From positions 68,601-132,600 of IMG/VR virus record IMGVR_UViG_3300038309_000252: a stretch of 64,000 nt of DNA; one strand, 5' to 3'. This document shows positions 38,612 to 47,285 of this stretch, piece after piece (position 1 is the first letter of the stretch; each line of letters opens with the position of its first letter). A model generated the notes under the pieces. The model was not told where the DNA came from, made no database searches, and worked only from the letters and a program-made list of their open reading frames with translations. This stretch comes from a virus. The position numbers and the translations under genes were made by a program.

Positions 38612-38695
38612 GCCCTGGTGGTGGAATGGTAGACACTGGAGACTTAAAATCTCCTGCCAGTAGGCGTGTCGGTTCGAATCCGACCCAGGGTACCA
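38612..38695 (+). tRNA. tRNA-Leu(UAA)
   Basis: Acceptor GCCCTGG/CCAGGGT + ACCA, anticodon stem GGAGA/TCTCC with loop CTTAAAA, long variable arm, GGTTCGAATCC. Confidence 0.95.
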
Positions 38696-38729
38696 TTTTC
38701 TTTTAATATGGTGATGTGAGGTATATATT

Positions 38730-39425
38730 ATGAATGAATATGAATGCGTTACTTTCATTTCAGATACCCTAGTTAAGGCAGCTGCTTCTCAAGCAGTTTC
38801 TGACGCTAATGGTAAGATTGAAAAGTGTGCATATGATATTTTCATTACGGACAAGATGATTGAGAATATCAATGCTATGGCATGTAATAATGATTCATCA
38901 TCTGATGAAGATCATACTGCCATAAACACGCTTCTTTCTGATATCTGGGCATCGAGATTTAGCGTCTTTGATGGTTTGTATAAGTCTGCGTATGAGTTTT
39001 CATATAATAAAGAAGTAGACCGTTTGTCTAAGGCAGGAATTGATCCTGTACCTTATGGTGATGTTATCAAAGGCAATGCTTTTGTGATGCCTTCTCCAAG
39101 GAAGAAGACCAGCAAAAAGAAGAGTCTTGCTGAGACTAGCAAAGCTATAGAACCTGTTGACAATTCAGAAGATCCTATTGATGATGAACCAGAAGTAAAG
39201 ACTCCAAAGACTCCAATTCCTGCAAAAAAGGTTAAGGAAAAGGTAGTTAAGGAAAAGGCACCAAAAGTAAGGAATGGCACATTGCTTGAGAAAGCTCTTG
39301 AAATCTACAAGCAAGAAGTTAATCCGACTAGAAAGGTTATGATGCATATGTTTATTGACAAGCTGGGTATGAAACCCAACAGTGCATCTACATACTTCTA
39401 CTTCTGTAAGGATCGCGCTGGTTAA
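38730..39425 (+). CDS. early protein with Lys-rich linker and C-terminal HTH-like domain
   Basis: SD GAGGT; C-terminus ALEIYK...GMKPNSASTYFYFCKDRAG matches 35791..36273. Confidence 0.8.
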   Translation: MNEYECVTFISDTLVKAAASQAVSDANGKIEKCAYDIFITDKMIENINAMACNNDSSSDEDHTAINTLLSDIWASRFSVFDGLYKSAYEFSYNKEVDRLSKAGIDPVPYGDVIKGNAFVMPSPRKKTSKKKSLAETSKAIEPVDNSEDPIDDEPEVKTPKTPIPAKKVKEKVVKEKAPKVRNGTLLEKALEIYKQEVNPTRKVMMHMFIDKLGMKPNSASTYFYFCKDRAG

Positions 39426-39447
39426 CCAGCGCGATCCATTTGGCAAA

Positions 39448-39732
39448 ATGGAGACCTTTATGGGATGCTGCTTTCATATATCTGTAAACTATTTGAATGC
39501 ATCAATCAAGAATGGAAACCCTAATGGTTTATGGTTTCAGAAATTGGATGATGGACGATACAAAATTATCCATTCTGGTTCATTGTGGGTTTGGCAACAA
39601 TTGTTTGCTCCTGGAAGGATAGTGAACAGGAATCAACTTGAATTCTTCATAACTGAATATGAAGGTGATGCATACATTGTTGACAGGTTCAATGAAATGC
39701 CAGCTTCTGGAAAGAAGCTAGCTTCTGGATGA
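39448..39732 (+). CDS. hypothetical protein
   Basis: In-frame ATGs at 39448 and 39460 (GGAG SD before the second). Confidence 0.55.
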   Translation: METFMGCCFHISVNYLNASIKNGNPNGLWFQKLDDGRYKIIHSGSLWVWQQLFAPGRIVNRNQLEFFITEYEGDAYIVDRFNEMPASGKKLASG

Positions 39733-39976
39733 TGGTGGGAACATGAACAGAAAATCTAATAGTCTTGTAATGAAATGGATCATTTGTGAACACTTGCCAC
39801 AGGAACAGTCTTGTGGCAATGCGTCCAGCAATGAGGCAACACGCAGCGTTAAGTCTAGACCAGCTGTCAAATGTGCTTGGGTGTTGCAAAAGGACATAGT
39901 TGACAAGCAATCCAAAATTGGGTAACATGGTACCCATAGTGAAATAAGGTTTTAGGCAATGACAAGGAGTGAATTA

Positions 39977-40372
39977 ATGGAGCAACCTAGCTTTATAGTT
40001 GAAGTTCGTGATTTGATGCTTAAAGATGATCCCAATTTCCAAACTTTGGTTTCTAATGGCATCATGACTGTGGAAAACGTTATTGAATTGACAGAGACAA
40101 TCGCAACATATACTGCTATGGCAATGTTTGATTCAGATACTCCATATAAAAATATCAATGATATTCCTCCTGAAGATGCAAAGCTGATTTCAAATTATTG
40201 TGGTTCTGCCAACATTCCCAATTGGGAAGTTGTTGATTTTCCAAAGACGGAAACTGGTGCCATCGATAGCATATTTACGCTTGAATATGCTATCAAGCAG
40301 GTATACCTCGAGAAGTTCTTTAAAACCATTAATGAAATGGAAGATCAGATTGCAGAGTTTGGAGGAGCATAA
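39977..40372 (+). CDS. hypothetical early protein, paralog A
   Basis: SD AAGGAG; highly similar to 41088..41462. Confidence 0.8.
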   Translation: MEQPSFIVEVRDLMLKDDPNFQTLVSNGIMTVENVIELTETIATYTAMAMFDSDTPYKNINDIPPEDAKLISNYCGSANIPNWEVVDFPKTETGAIDSIFTLEYAIKQVYLEKFFKTINEMEDQIAEFGGA

Positions 40373-40379
40373 TTTGACC

Positions 40380-40415
40380 AGTGTCAATGGATACCTCGAG
40401 GTATCCATTGACACT
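40380..40415. repeat. 36-bp perfect palindrome
   Basis: AGTGTCAATGGATACCTCGAGGTATCCATTGACACT. Confidence 0.9.
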
Positions 40416-40504
40416 TTTCCTTCAGACTCATTTCTACATAGTTGACAATTAAACCACCATGCGTTATCATGTAACCATGATGAAGGTTGGTTGACAAAGG
40501 AGCT

Positions 40505-40678
40505 ATGATGATCAACGAGACGATCCTGTGGGAAGAAGCTAAGGAAGTTGAATCCTGGTTTGATAACCTTTCTGAGGAGGCAATCCAGGCAATGGAGGAC
40601 GATGTAGAATGGCAAGACTCTTGGGAGACTCTCCTCTTGGAGGATCCCAAGGCAATTGATGCCTATGTGAGCGCATGA
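40505..40678 (+). CDS. 57-aa highly acidic protein
   Basis: SD AAGGAG; 17 D/E versus 2 K, four Trp. Confidence 0.75.
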   Translation: MMINETILWEEAKEVESWFDNLSEEAIQAMEDDVEWQDSWETLLLEDPKAIDAYVSA

Positions 40679-41004
40679 AAACTCTACTTGGCATTAATCC
40701 AATCAGGTTACAAACATACTTTAATGATGACATTTCCAAGCATCCATTGGAGGTCATCATGTACCTTTCTGCAGCATACTCAAAGGTATTAGCGTACTCA
40801 GACATTGATAGCGGCAATCATGAAGGTATGCCAACAAATGCATCTGATCAGCTTCTTGATCTGGTCAAAACACATGCAATGATTTTAATGCCCAGTATAT
40901 CTATTGATAACATAGAGACTGTTATGGATCAGTGTAGAATTAACATTGACCATATATATTGTGGAATGTATCATTCAATTTTACATACATTAAAATCAGT
41001 CTAA
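40675..41004 (+). CDS. hypothetical protein
   Basis: ATGA overlap with the upstream gene. Confidence 0.65.
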   Translation: MKTLLGINPIRLQTYFNDDISKHPLEVIMYLSAAYSKVLAYSDIDSGNHEGMPTNASDQLLDLVKTHAMILMPSISIDNIETVMDQCRINIDHIYCGMYHSILHTLKSV

Positions 41005-41087
41005 ATCATTCTTGCATAGTTGACAATTAAACCACCATGCCTTATCATGTAACCATGATGAAGAAGGCAATGTCAAGGAGTGAATCA

Positions 41088-41462
41088 ATGGCACTAAGTT
41101 TGCCCAGCAATGTTGTTAAAATCCGAGATTTGATGCTCAAGAAGGAACCCAATTTTAAAAGATTGGTATCTAATGGCATCAAAACTATGAATAACGTTAT
41201 TGAATTGACAGAGGTAATTGCTGCATGTACCGCTACAGCAATGTTTACTACAGATACCCCATATAAAAATATCAAGGATATTCCTCGTGAAGATGTAAAG
41301 CTGATTTTGAAATATACCGGTTCGAACTACATTCCCAATTGGGGAGTTGTTGATTTTCCAAAAACGGAAAATGGTACCTATACTAGTATTGCATATGCTA
41401 TCAAGCAGGTATACCTCGAGAAGTTCTTTGAAACCATTAATGAAATGGAAGATCAGATTTAA
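41088..41462 (+). CDS. hypothetical early protein, paralog B
   Basis: SD AAGGAG; paralog of 39977..40372. Confidence 0.8.
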   Translation: MALSLPSNVVKIRDLMLKKEPNFKRLVSNGIKTMNNVIELTEVIAACTATAMFTTDTPYKNIKDIPREDVKLILKYTGSNYIPNWGVVDFPKTENGTYTSIAYAIKQVYLEKFFETINEMEDQI

Positions 41463-41579
41463 ATCTGTTAAAAAATAATATATATAGTATATGCTTGACC
41501 AAGACCAAGAACTACCTGCAGTCTGAATCGTTCTTGCATAGTTGACAATCACACCTTCATGTCCTATAATATAACCATC

Positions 41580-41720
41580 ATGAAGAAGAGCACGACACGG
41601 ATTAAGGTTAGGAACATGGACGCTGTCTATATGTTTAAGCGGAAGTCTGGTCCTCATGGGAAAACCACCAAGGCAAACCGCAGGGAACACAAGGTTAACC
41701 TGGTGAAGAATTGGGATTGA
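41580..41720 (+). CDS. 46-aa basic protein, probably near-leaderless (not in ORF track)
   Basis: ATG 9 nt after TATAAT; MKKSTTRIKVRN...RKSGPHGKTTKANRREHK. Confidence 0.65.
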   Translation: MKKSTTRIKVRNMDAVYMFKRKSGPHGKTTKANRREHKVNLVKNWD

Positions 41721-41761
41721 TCAGGGAATCCCTGATCAATCCTTAAGCATTGTGAGAGAAC

Positions 41762-42031
41762 ATGTACTACGTGATCAATACATTTCAGAAATCTAAACCA
41801 TCATTTGTCTATCGTGAAGACATTTATGTCGATAATCACTCGCTAGCTTACATCCTTCATTACTTTGAAGAACTTTGGCACACCAAGTTCAGGGATGAGA
41901 CGCGTCCATATGATGTCGAGGACAAGCGTCACCGATATGGCGATGCTCAATCACAAATCGAGCTCTGGATTTGGGAGATCAACGAGTCTGAATACCAAAC
42001 GTATAAAAGTCAAGGTGTAATTGAAATCTAG
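41762..42031 (+). CDS. hypothetical protein
   Basis: ORF in the early arm. Confidence 0.65.
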   Translation: MYYVINTFQKSKPSFVYREDIYVDNHSLAYILHYFEELWHTKFRDETRPYDVEDKRHRYGDAQSQIELWIWEINESEYQTYKSQGVIEI

Positions 42032-42070
42032 TCGTAGATTTCAATATTAAAGGATGCACAGGAGTACAAA

Positions 42071-42415
42071 ATGGCAAGTGTTGTCGGTGATTTTTTTGTC
42101 GAGAAGATGGCATTTGATTCTTCTTCTCAGAAGATTGAAATGACAGCTTTCCTGATGGAAAACAGCATGGAAGCGATTGTACTTGCCAGTTTGATTGAAT
42201 CCTTTAAATCTGAATTGATGCTGGCAAATAGAATAACAATGGATGGTGAAATCGTGGATAATCCCGGTGATCCATTTACTGATTATGAAGTACAAATACT
42301 CCAACACCTAGATGGCGCAATCCGGTATTATTCTACCCTGGCACAGTTGGAAGAATGGGATAGGTATTTGACCACAATTCATTCAGTTTTGGACGGGATT
42401 TTGAATTATGCGTGA
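42071..42415 (+). CDS. acidic hypothetical protein
   Basis: SD AGGAG. Confidence 0.7.
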   Translation: MASVVGDFFVEKMAFDSSSQKIEMTAFLMENSMEAIVLASLIESFKSELMLANRITMDGEIVDNPGDPFTDYEVQILQHLDGAIRYYSTLAQLEEWDRYLTTIHSVLDGILNYA

Positions 42416-42452
42416 TTCGTGAACAGTTAACCTTACATGGCATGGAATTTGC

Positions 42453-42773
42453 ATGGAGAATCAGAAAATGGAAACTGTACAAGGTGTAGTTGAACCAGAT
42501 TCAAAAGACGTTAATCAATGTATGAACATGGCAAAGGAATTGGCGCTTATTGCATTGCTAGACGAATTAGTTAATGAAGAGAAGCGTGTAATCGATCAAT
42601 TAAAGAAAATTGTCGAGCAATCGATTAAAGAAAACCACCAGGAAAGACCAATGAATGAGTTTGTGCCAAAGACAGACTTAGGTAGAAAATTGCTTGAACT
42701 ACGTCAAGCGTATATTCACGATGGTGGCGAATTAATCAACGCTGATCAATTAGATATGATGGATTGGAGATAG
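42453..42773 (+). CDS. hypothetical protein
   Basis: ORF in the early arm; C-terminal PKTDLGRKLLELR. Confidence 0.65.
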   Translation: MENQKMETVQGVVEPDSKDVNQCMNMAKELALIALLDELVNEEKRVIDQLKKIVEQSIKENHQERPMNEFVPKTDLGRKLLELRQAYIHDGGELINADQLDMMDWR

Positions 42774-42776
42774 TTA

Positions 42777-43148
42777 ATGGTTACAATGGTTAATCCTGTA
42801 GAATCCTTTGTGCGTGATCACTATGTGATCAGTAATGCAACGATGGAAAAGTTGAAGTTCTTTAATGAACAGTATCAAATTGCGTTAAACGGGATTAGTG
42901 ATCTATGTGAAAGTTGGCGCAACAAGATGTATGAATCGCTTAATGACCTGCTTGGGTATAAAACAGCTTTGCTAAGCACTAGCGAAAGTGAAACATTCAT
43001 TAATGAATACTACATGCGATTCAAATCAGAATACCCTGAAATTGATAACGCAATGGTGCTCATGCTCGAGCAAATTGAACTGATTATTGATGATACACTG
43101 GCATTGATGATGGATTCTGAACCAATTCTGAAATGGACTTTGAATTAA
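42777..43148 (+). CDS. hypothetical protein
   Basis: SD GGAG. Confidence 0.65.
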   Translation: MVTMVNPVESFVRDHYVISNATMEKLKFFNEQYQIALNGISDLCESWRNKMYESLNDLLGYKTALLSTSESETFINEYYMRFKSEYPEIDNAMVLMLEQIELIIDDTLALMMDSEPILKWTLN

Positions 43149-43222
43149 ACTGCATCATTCTTGCATAGTTGACAACATGAAATAACCTTGGTATCATACA
43201 TACCTAGTGAATAAAGGAGTGT

Positions 43223-43429
43223 GTGATGAAATACAACAACTATCGTGCCGCTCAACAATATTGGTCCATGGTTGCCACAAATAATCCAGATTGGTCCATC
43301 AGCACGATTCAACATGAAGTGTATAATTTCATGTTGATTAGTCTGACTAAATCAACTGCCAAGGTATATGCTTCAAAGTTGAAGAAAGAAATGATGTTCA
43401 AGACCTTTGACAAGAAGGATCCTGCTTAA
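43223..43429 (+). CDS. small early protein (family with 36967..37152)
   Basis: Promoter + SD AAGGAG; TAKVYA motif. Confidence 0.7.
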   Translation: MMKYNNYRAAQQYWSMVATNNPDWSISTIQHEVYNFMLISLTKSTAKVYASKLKKEMMFKTFDKKDPA

Positions 43430-43435
43430 TTTCAT

Positions 43436-43461
43436 GCTGGTGTAGCTCAGTTGGTAGAGCA
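43436..43461 (+). pseudogene. 5' fragment of a tRNA gene
   Basis: GCTGGTGTAGCTCAGTTGGTAGAGCA is an acceptor strand plus complete D-arm; no anticodon or T arm follows. Confidence 0.7.
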
Positions 43462-43465
43462 AATC

Positions 43466-43681
43466 ATGAAAATTAATTACTTCAAAACGTTACTTGAGGC
43501 AGCAAATGGAAATCCCAGTTCTCAATTTGAAATGGGTTTAATATATGAACATGGAATTGGAGTTGACAAAAGCACCATTGTTGCTGTAAAATGGTTCAAA
43601 CTAGCTGAAGATCAAGGCAATGTTAATGCCAAAATTAAATTGAATTATTTGTATTTCAATCGTGATATTAAGCACCAATAG
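43466..43681 (+). CDS. Sel1-like repeat protein
   Basis: AANGNPSSQFEMGLIYEHGIGVDKS...AVKWFKLAEDQGNVNA. Confidence 0.85.
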   Translation: MKINYFKTLLEAANGNPSSQFEMGLIYEHGIGVDKSTIVAVKWFKLAEDQGNVNAKIKLNYLYFNRDIKHQ

Positions 43682-43684
43682 GAA

Positions 43685-45901
43685 ATGATAATGAATAGTG
43701 TGAATACCACAGATGTTATTGCCAATCTTCTTTCTAATGAAAAATTAATTATACTGCGTAAAAATACATCTACAGCATCATTTAACATCGAAACCCGTAT
43801 TTTAACTTTGCCTATTTGGCATGATATCCCAGATTATGTCGAACAGCTTTTAATTCTTCATGAAGTTGGTCATGCATTGTATACAACTTCTGAATTATCA
43901 GATGCATTAGGTTCTGTCCTACCATTTCCTGAAGGACAGGTTTATCTAAATGTTGTAGAAGACGCTAGAATTGAAAAATTAATTAAAAGAAGATATCCTG
44001 GTGCTATTAAGGTAATCAATAAAGGTTATGATTATCTTAATAAGTCTAATTTCTTTAATATTGAAGGAAAGGATTTAGATTTATTGCATACTATTGATAA
44101 ACTTAATATCTTTTTTAAGATTGGCATTGAAAGCAGTTTCACTCCTAAAGAACAGAATTTCATTGATCGTATTTCTAACGCAGAAACGGTCCAAGATGCA
44201 ATTGATATATCAATTGATTTATTTAATTACTGTAAGGATCAGAAGGATTCCTTTAGAAAAAAGGATAAAGGAAATGATGAGTCTGAATCTGATAATGTCC
44301 AATCAGATTATACTGATCAATCAGCTGATCAATCAGAAATTCAAATCTCTTCAGCTGAAGATGATTCGATGGATTCTGATTCATCTGATAAGTGTGGCAA
44401 TCAAAATAATAAAGATAATGATTGTCAACCAGATGAATCAAATTGTACTTCTTCTGGATCAGGAGATGAAAATGGTTCAAACCAAATTCAACAACCATTT
44501 ACCCAAGCTTCAGTAGATTCTAATCTTTCAAATATTATAGAAAATAAAGGTTTATTTATTAGCTTTATTCCTCCTCTATATGATTATATTATTCCATACA
44601 AAGAAATATATGAAGAGTCTTTATCAGAAGCTCTAAAATCTAGAAATGATCAAAAGGATTTTAATTTGCAAGAACATATTGAAAATGATCATGCATTTAA
44701 TAAGTTCAAAACTGATTTGAATAATGATATTGCCTTTATGATCAAAGAATTTGAAATGAGAAAAGCTGCAGCTGCGCATAAAAGACAGCAAATTTCTAAA
44801 ACTGGGCAATTGGATTCCAAGAAACTTTGGGGATATAAAATCAAAGAGGATTTATTCAAGGCATATACAACAACAAAAGACGGCAAAAATCATGGGATGG
44901 TGTTTCTTCTTGACTGGTCTTCTTCCATGAGACCAATTAATTCTACAATTGATCAATTGATCAGTTTGGTTGTTTTTTGCCGTAAAATGCAAATACCATT
45001 TAAAGTTCTTGCTTTTAGCAATGAGGAATCATTAGTTAAATCTTTATTTTCATCTCAAGTAGAGCAAATTGCAGATAAAAGATTTGAGCTAAAGCAAAAT
45101 CTAATTGAAAAAGGAATTGATGTAATATCGGATTTAAATGATAAACCATTTTATTTGCTTGAGTTTTTTTCAAGCGATATGTCTCAATATGAATTTAATA
45201 CGGCAATTTATCTTTTGAAAAGAGAAGTTGTTGTTAGAAGGTATAAATTACATAGCACACCATTGAATAATGCATTACTTACCATGTATGATTATATTGC
45301 GACATTTCTTGATAAATCAAAAACTGATATTCTGACATTTGTTGTATTAACAGATGGGCAAGGTGAACCTTTGCCGCAGGAAATTGTTACTTCAAAAAAT
45401 ATATCATTCGGTATGTCGCACCATGATTTTTTCAAGATTGGTGATAAATACTATAGATGGCATAGCTATGCAGCTGAGCAAACAAGAATTATTTTATCTG
45501 CTATCAAAAGCAAATATCATTGTAACGTTATTGGATTTCATTTAATAGCTCCGCATGGTTATGCTATACGAGGAAACATTAGTGTTTTATTTCCAAGTCA
45601 TGAACTACGATGCAAATGGTTAAAAGATAATGCTGAAAGAATATCTTTGCTTGTATATGATAGTATTAAGAAAAAGAATAATTCACAAGGTTATTATTTA
45701 ATTAATGATGTTGGGTATGATAAATTATTTATCATCTCAAAAGATTTCAATATAGACGATTATGAAAAGGAATTAAATATCTTAGAAAAAGAAGCAAGCA
45801 CATCAAGTATTGTTAAAAAGTTTAATACCTATATGTCAGGCAAGAAAACATCAAGAAAATTGCTAACAGCAATTGTTGATAATATTTCAAAGCAATTATA
45901 G
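43685..45901 (+). CDS. CobT-like protein: metallopeptidase-like N-terminus + vWA domain
   Basis: HEVGH, NVVEDARIE, acidic linker, MIDAS DWSSS, TPL, LTDG. Confidence 0.85.
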   Translation: MIMNSVNTTDVIANLLSNEKLIILRKNTSTASFNIETRILTLPIWHDIPDYVEQLLILHEVGHALYTTSELSDALGSVLPFPEGQVYLNVVEDARIEKLIKRRYPGAIKVINKGYDYLNKSNFFNIEGKDLDLLHTIDKLNIFFKIGIESSFTPKEQNFIDRISNAETVQDAIDISIDLFNYCKDQKDSFRKKDKGNDESESDNVQSDYTDQSADQSEIQISSAEDDSMDSDSSDKCGNQNNKDNDCQPDESNCTSSGSGDENGSNQIQQPFTQASVDSNLSNIIENKGLFISFIPPLYDYIIPYKEIYEESLSEALKSRNDQKDFNLQEHIENDHAFNKFKTDLNNDIAFMIKEFEMRKAAAAHKRQQISKTGQLDSKKLWGYKIKEDLFKAYTTTKDGKNHGMVFLLDWSSSMRPINSTIDQLISLVVFCRKMQIPFKVLAFSNEESLVKSLFSSQVEQIADKRFELKQNLIEKGIDVISDLNDKPFYLLEFFSSDMSQYEFNTAIYLLKREVVVRRYKLHSTPLNNALLTMYDYIATFLDKSKTDILTFVVLTDGQGEPLPQEIVTSKNISFGMSHHDFFKIGDKYYRWHSYAAEQTRIILSAIKSKYHCNVIGFHLIAPHGYAIRGNISVLFPSHELRCKWLKDNAERISLLVYDSIKKKNNSQGYYLINDVGYDKLFIISKDFNIDDYEKELNILEKEASTSSIVKKFNTYMSGKKTSRKLLTAIVDNISKQL

Positions 45902-45916
45902 GTACATGGTGATACG

Positions 45917-46396
45917 ATGGAATCCAATCATAAAGAGAATGGGTTTACGTTAATTGAGCTAATGATTGTTGTATCAATTATCGGTATTCTTGCTACGATT
46001 GCAATTCCATCGTATCAAAAGTATGTCATACGTGCTAAATTAGCAACAGCATTTGTGTTTCTTGGATCCTTTAAAACAGATATTGTGGAATATTACACAA
46101 TGTATGGTAGATTTCCACAACAAAATGATCCACAATTAAAAGATATATTTCCCATTAATAATATATCATCAAAATATCTTAAATCACTAGAGTATGTATA
46201 TAAAGATGATGATACTGCATTAATGATAGCAACTATTAATCCAAGTATATTTCCAAGTTATGAACACTTAACAAATCCTCAATTAGTCTTTCAAGCTACA
46301 GGCAACATGTCAAATGTTCAATTCAAATGCTATAGGTATAAAAACTCTATACCTCCTGCTTATTTGCCTTCAATTTGTCGTGAGTCTATTCAATAA
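45917..46396 (+). CDS. pilA: type IVa major pilin-like protein
   Basis: Prepilin leader ...KENG|[27 protein letters not shown]; C-terminal disulfide loop C...YLPSIC. Confidence 0.93.
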   Translation: MESNHKENGFTLIELMIVVSIIGILATIAIPSYQKYVIRAKLATAFVFLGSFKTDIVEYYTMYGRFPQQNDPQLKDIFPINNISSKYLKSLEYVYKDDDTALMIATINPSIFPSYEHLTNPQLVFQATGNMSNVQFKCYRYKNSIPPAYLPSICRESIQ

Positions 46397-46454
46397 TTGA
46401 ATATTGACATTCAAGCTGATTTGAGGCATAATATTATCATGCAATGGAGGAAGA

Positions 46455-46658
46455 ATGAAATTTAAATATGCTAATGAAATGTCTGATTTTGAAATTGCCC
46501 AGCATACATGGGAAGTATTTCAACGTGATTATCCATATGATTCCATAGTGTTGCTCCGTGATTTCACGGAGGAAACACTCAAGACCTCATTTAACATGAG
46601 TAGCTCAAAAGCAAAGAGGTATGCAAATGAAGTTTATAAATTGTATTTTGGAAGCTAA
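46455..46658 (+). CDS. small early protein
   Basis: Own promoter, SD GGAGG; KAKRYA motif. Confidence 0.7.
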   Translation: MKFKYANEMSDFEIAQHTWEVFQRDYPYDSIVLLRDFTEETLKTSFNMSSSKAKRYANEVYKLYFGS

Positions 46659-46771
46659 ATAATAGGGTATTGCGTAATTAATATCTAAATAATCTCCACT
46701 TCTATGTGGTTTATGCCTCAATTTATTTCAAATAGATTGAGGCATTTTTTTCTAATAAAAAGAGGTCTGTT

Positions 46772-46978
46772 ATGTTAATTATTGATGATCCTAATAGTGT
46801 TCTGGTTTCTATTATTGTCGACAAAACCCAGCAAGAAGAAAAGTATGCAATTGCATATTCTGGCGCAGATTGGGAGCACGAATTTAAATTTGGTGACATT
46901 GTTTCAGCTAATGAAATTGACCAATTGCTAGCTAAGGAAGGAACTGTGTGGGTTAATTCTCCTATTGTGTATATTTGA
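46772..46978 (+). CDS. hypothetical protein, tandem copy 1
   Basis: SD GAGGT; near-identical to 47049..47285. Confidence 0.7.
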   Translation: MLIIDDPNSVLVSIIVDKTQQEEKYAIAYSGADWEHEFKFGDIVSANEIDQLLAKEGTVWVNSPIVYI

Positions 46979-47048
46979 TTATCTTGCAAGATGTTTACAA
47001 AGATATAGGTTAAGACAGGTGAGGTCTGTTATGAAAAAGAGGTCTGTT

Positions 47049-47285
47049 ATGTTAATTATTGAAGATCCTAATAGTGTTCTTATTTCTATTCTTGTTGACA
47101 AAACCAAGCAAGAAGAAAAGTATGCAATTGCATATTCTGGAGCAGATTGGAAGGATGATTTTAAATTTGGTGATATTATTTCATCTAATGACATTGACCA
47201 ATTGCTTAGCAATTGGTCTGACCAATTGCTAGCTAAGGAAGGAACTGTGTTGGGTAATTCCCCTTCCCCTATTGTATATATTTGA
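47049..47285 (+). CDS. hypothetical protein, tandem copy 2
   Basis: Same RBS context as copy 1; 24-nt internal insertion. Confidence 0.7.
   Translation: MLIIEDPNSVLISILVDKTKQEEKYAIAYSGADWKDDFKFGDIISSNDIDQLLSNWSDQLLAKEGTVLGNSPSPIVYI

Noticed and set aside
39977-41462. Diversity-generating retroelement template/variable repeat pair
   Set aside because: Differences are not confined to adenines, both copies are ORFs, and no reverse transcriptase is in the window.
43685-45901. PilY1-like adhesin forming a pilus operon with the pilin
   Set aside because: No signal peptide or beta-propeller; HExxH + vWA matches the cytoplasmic CobT-like partner of MoxR.
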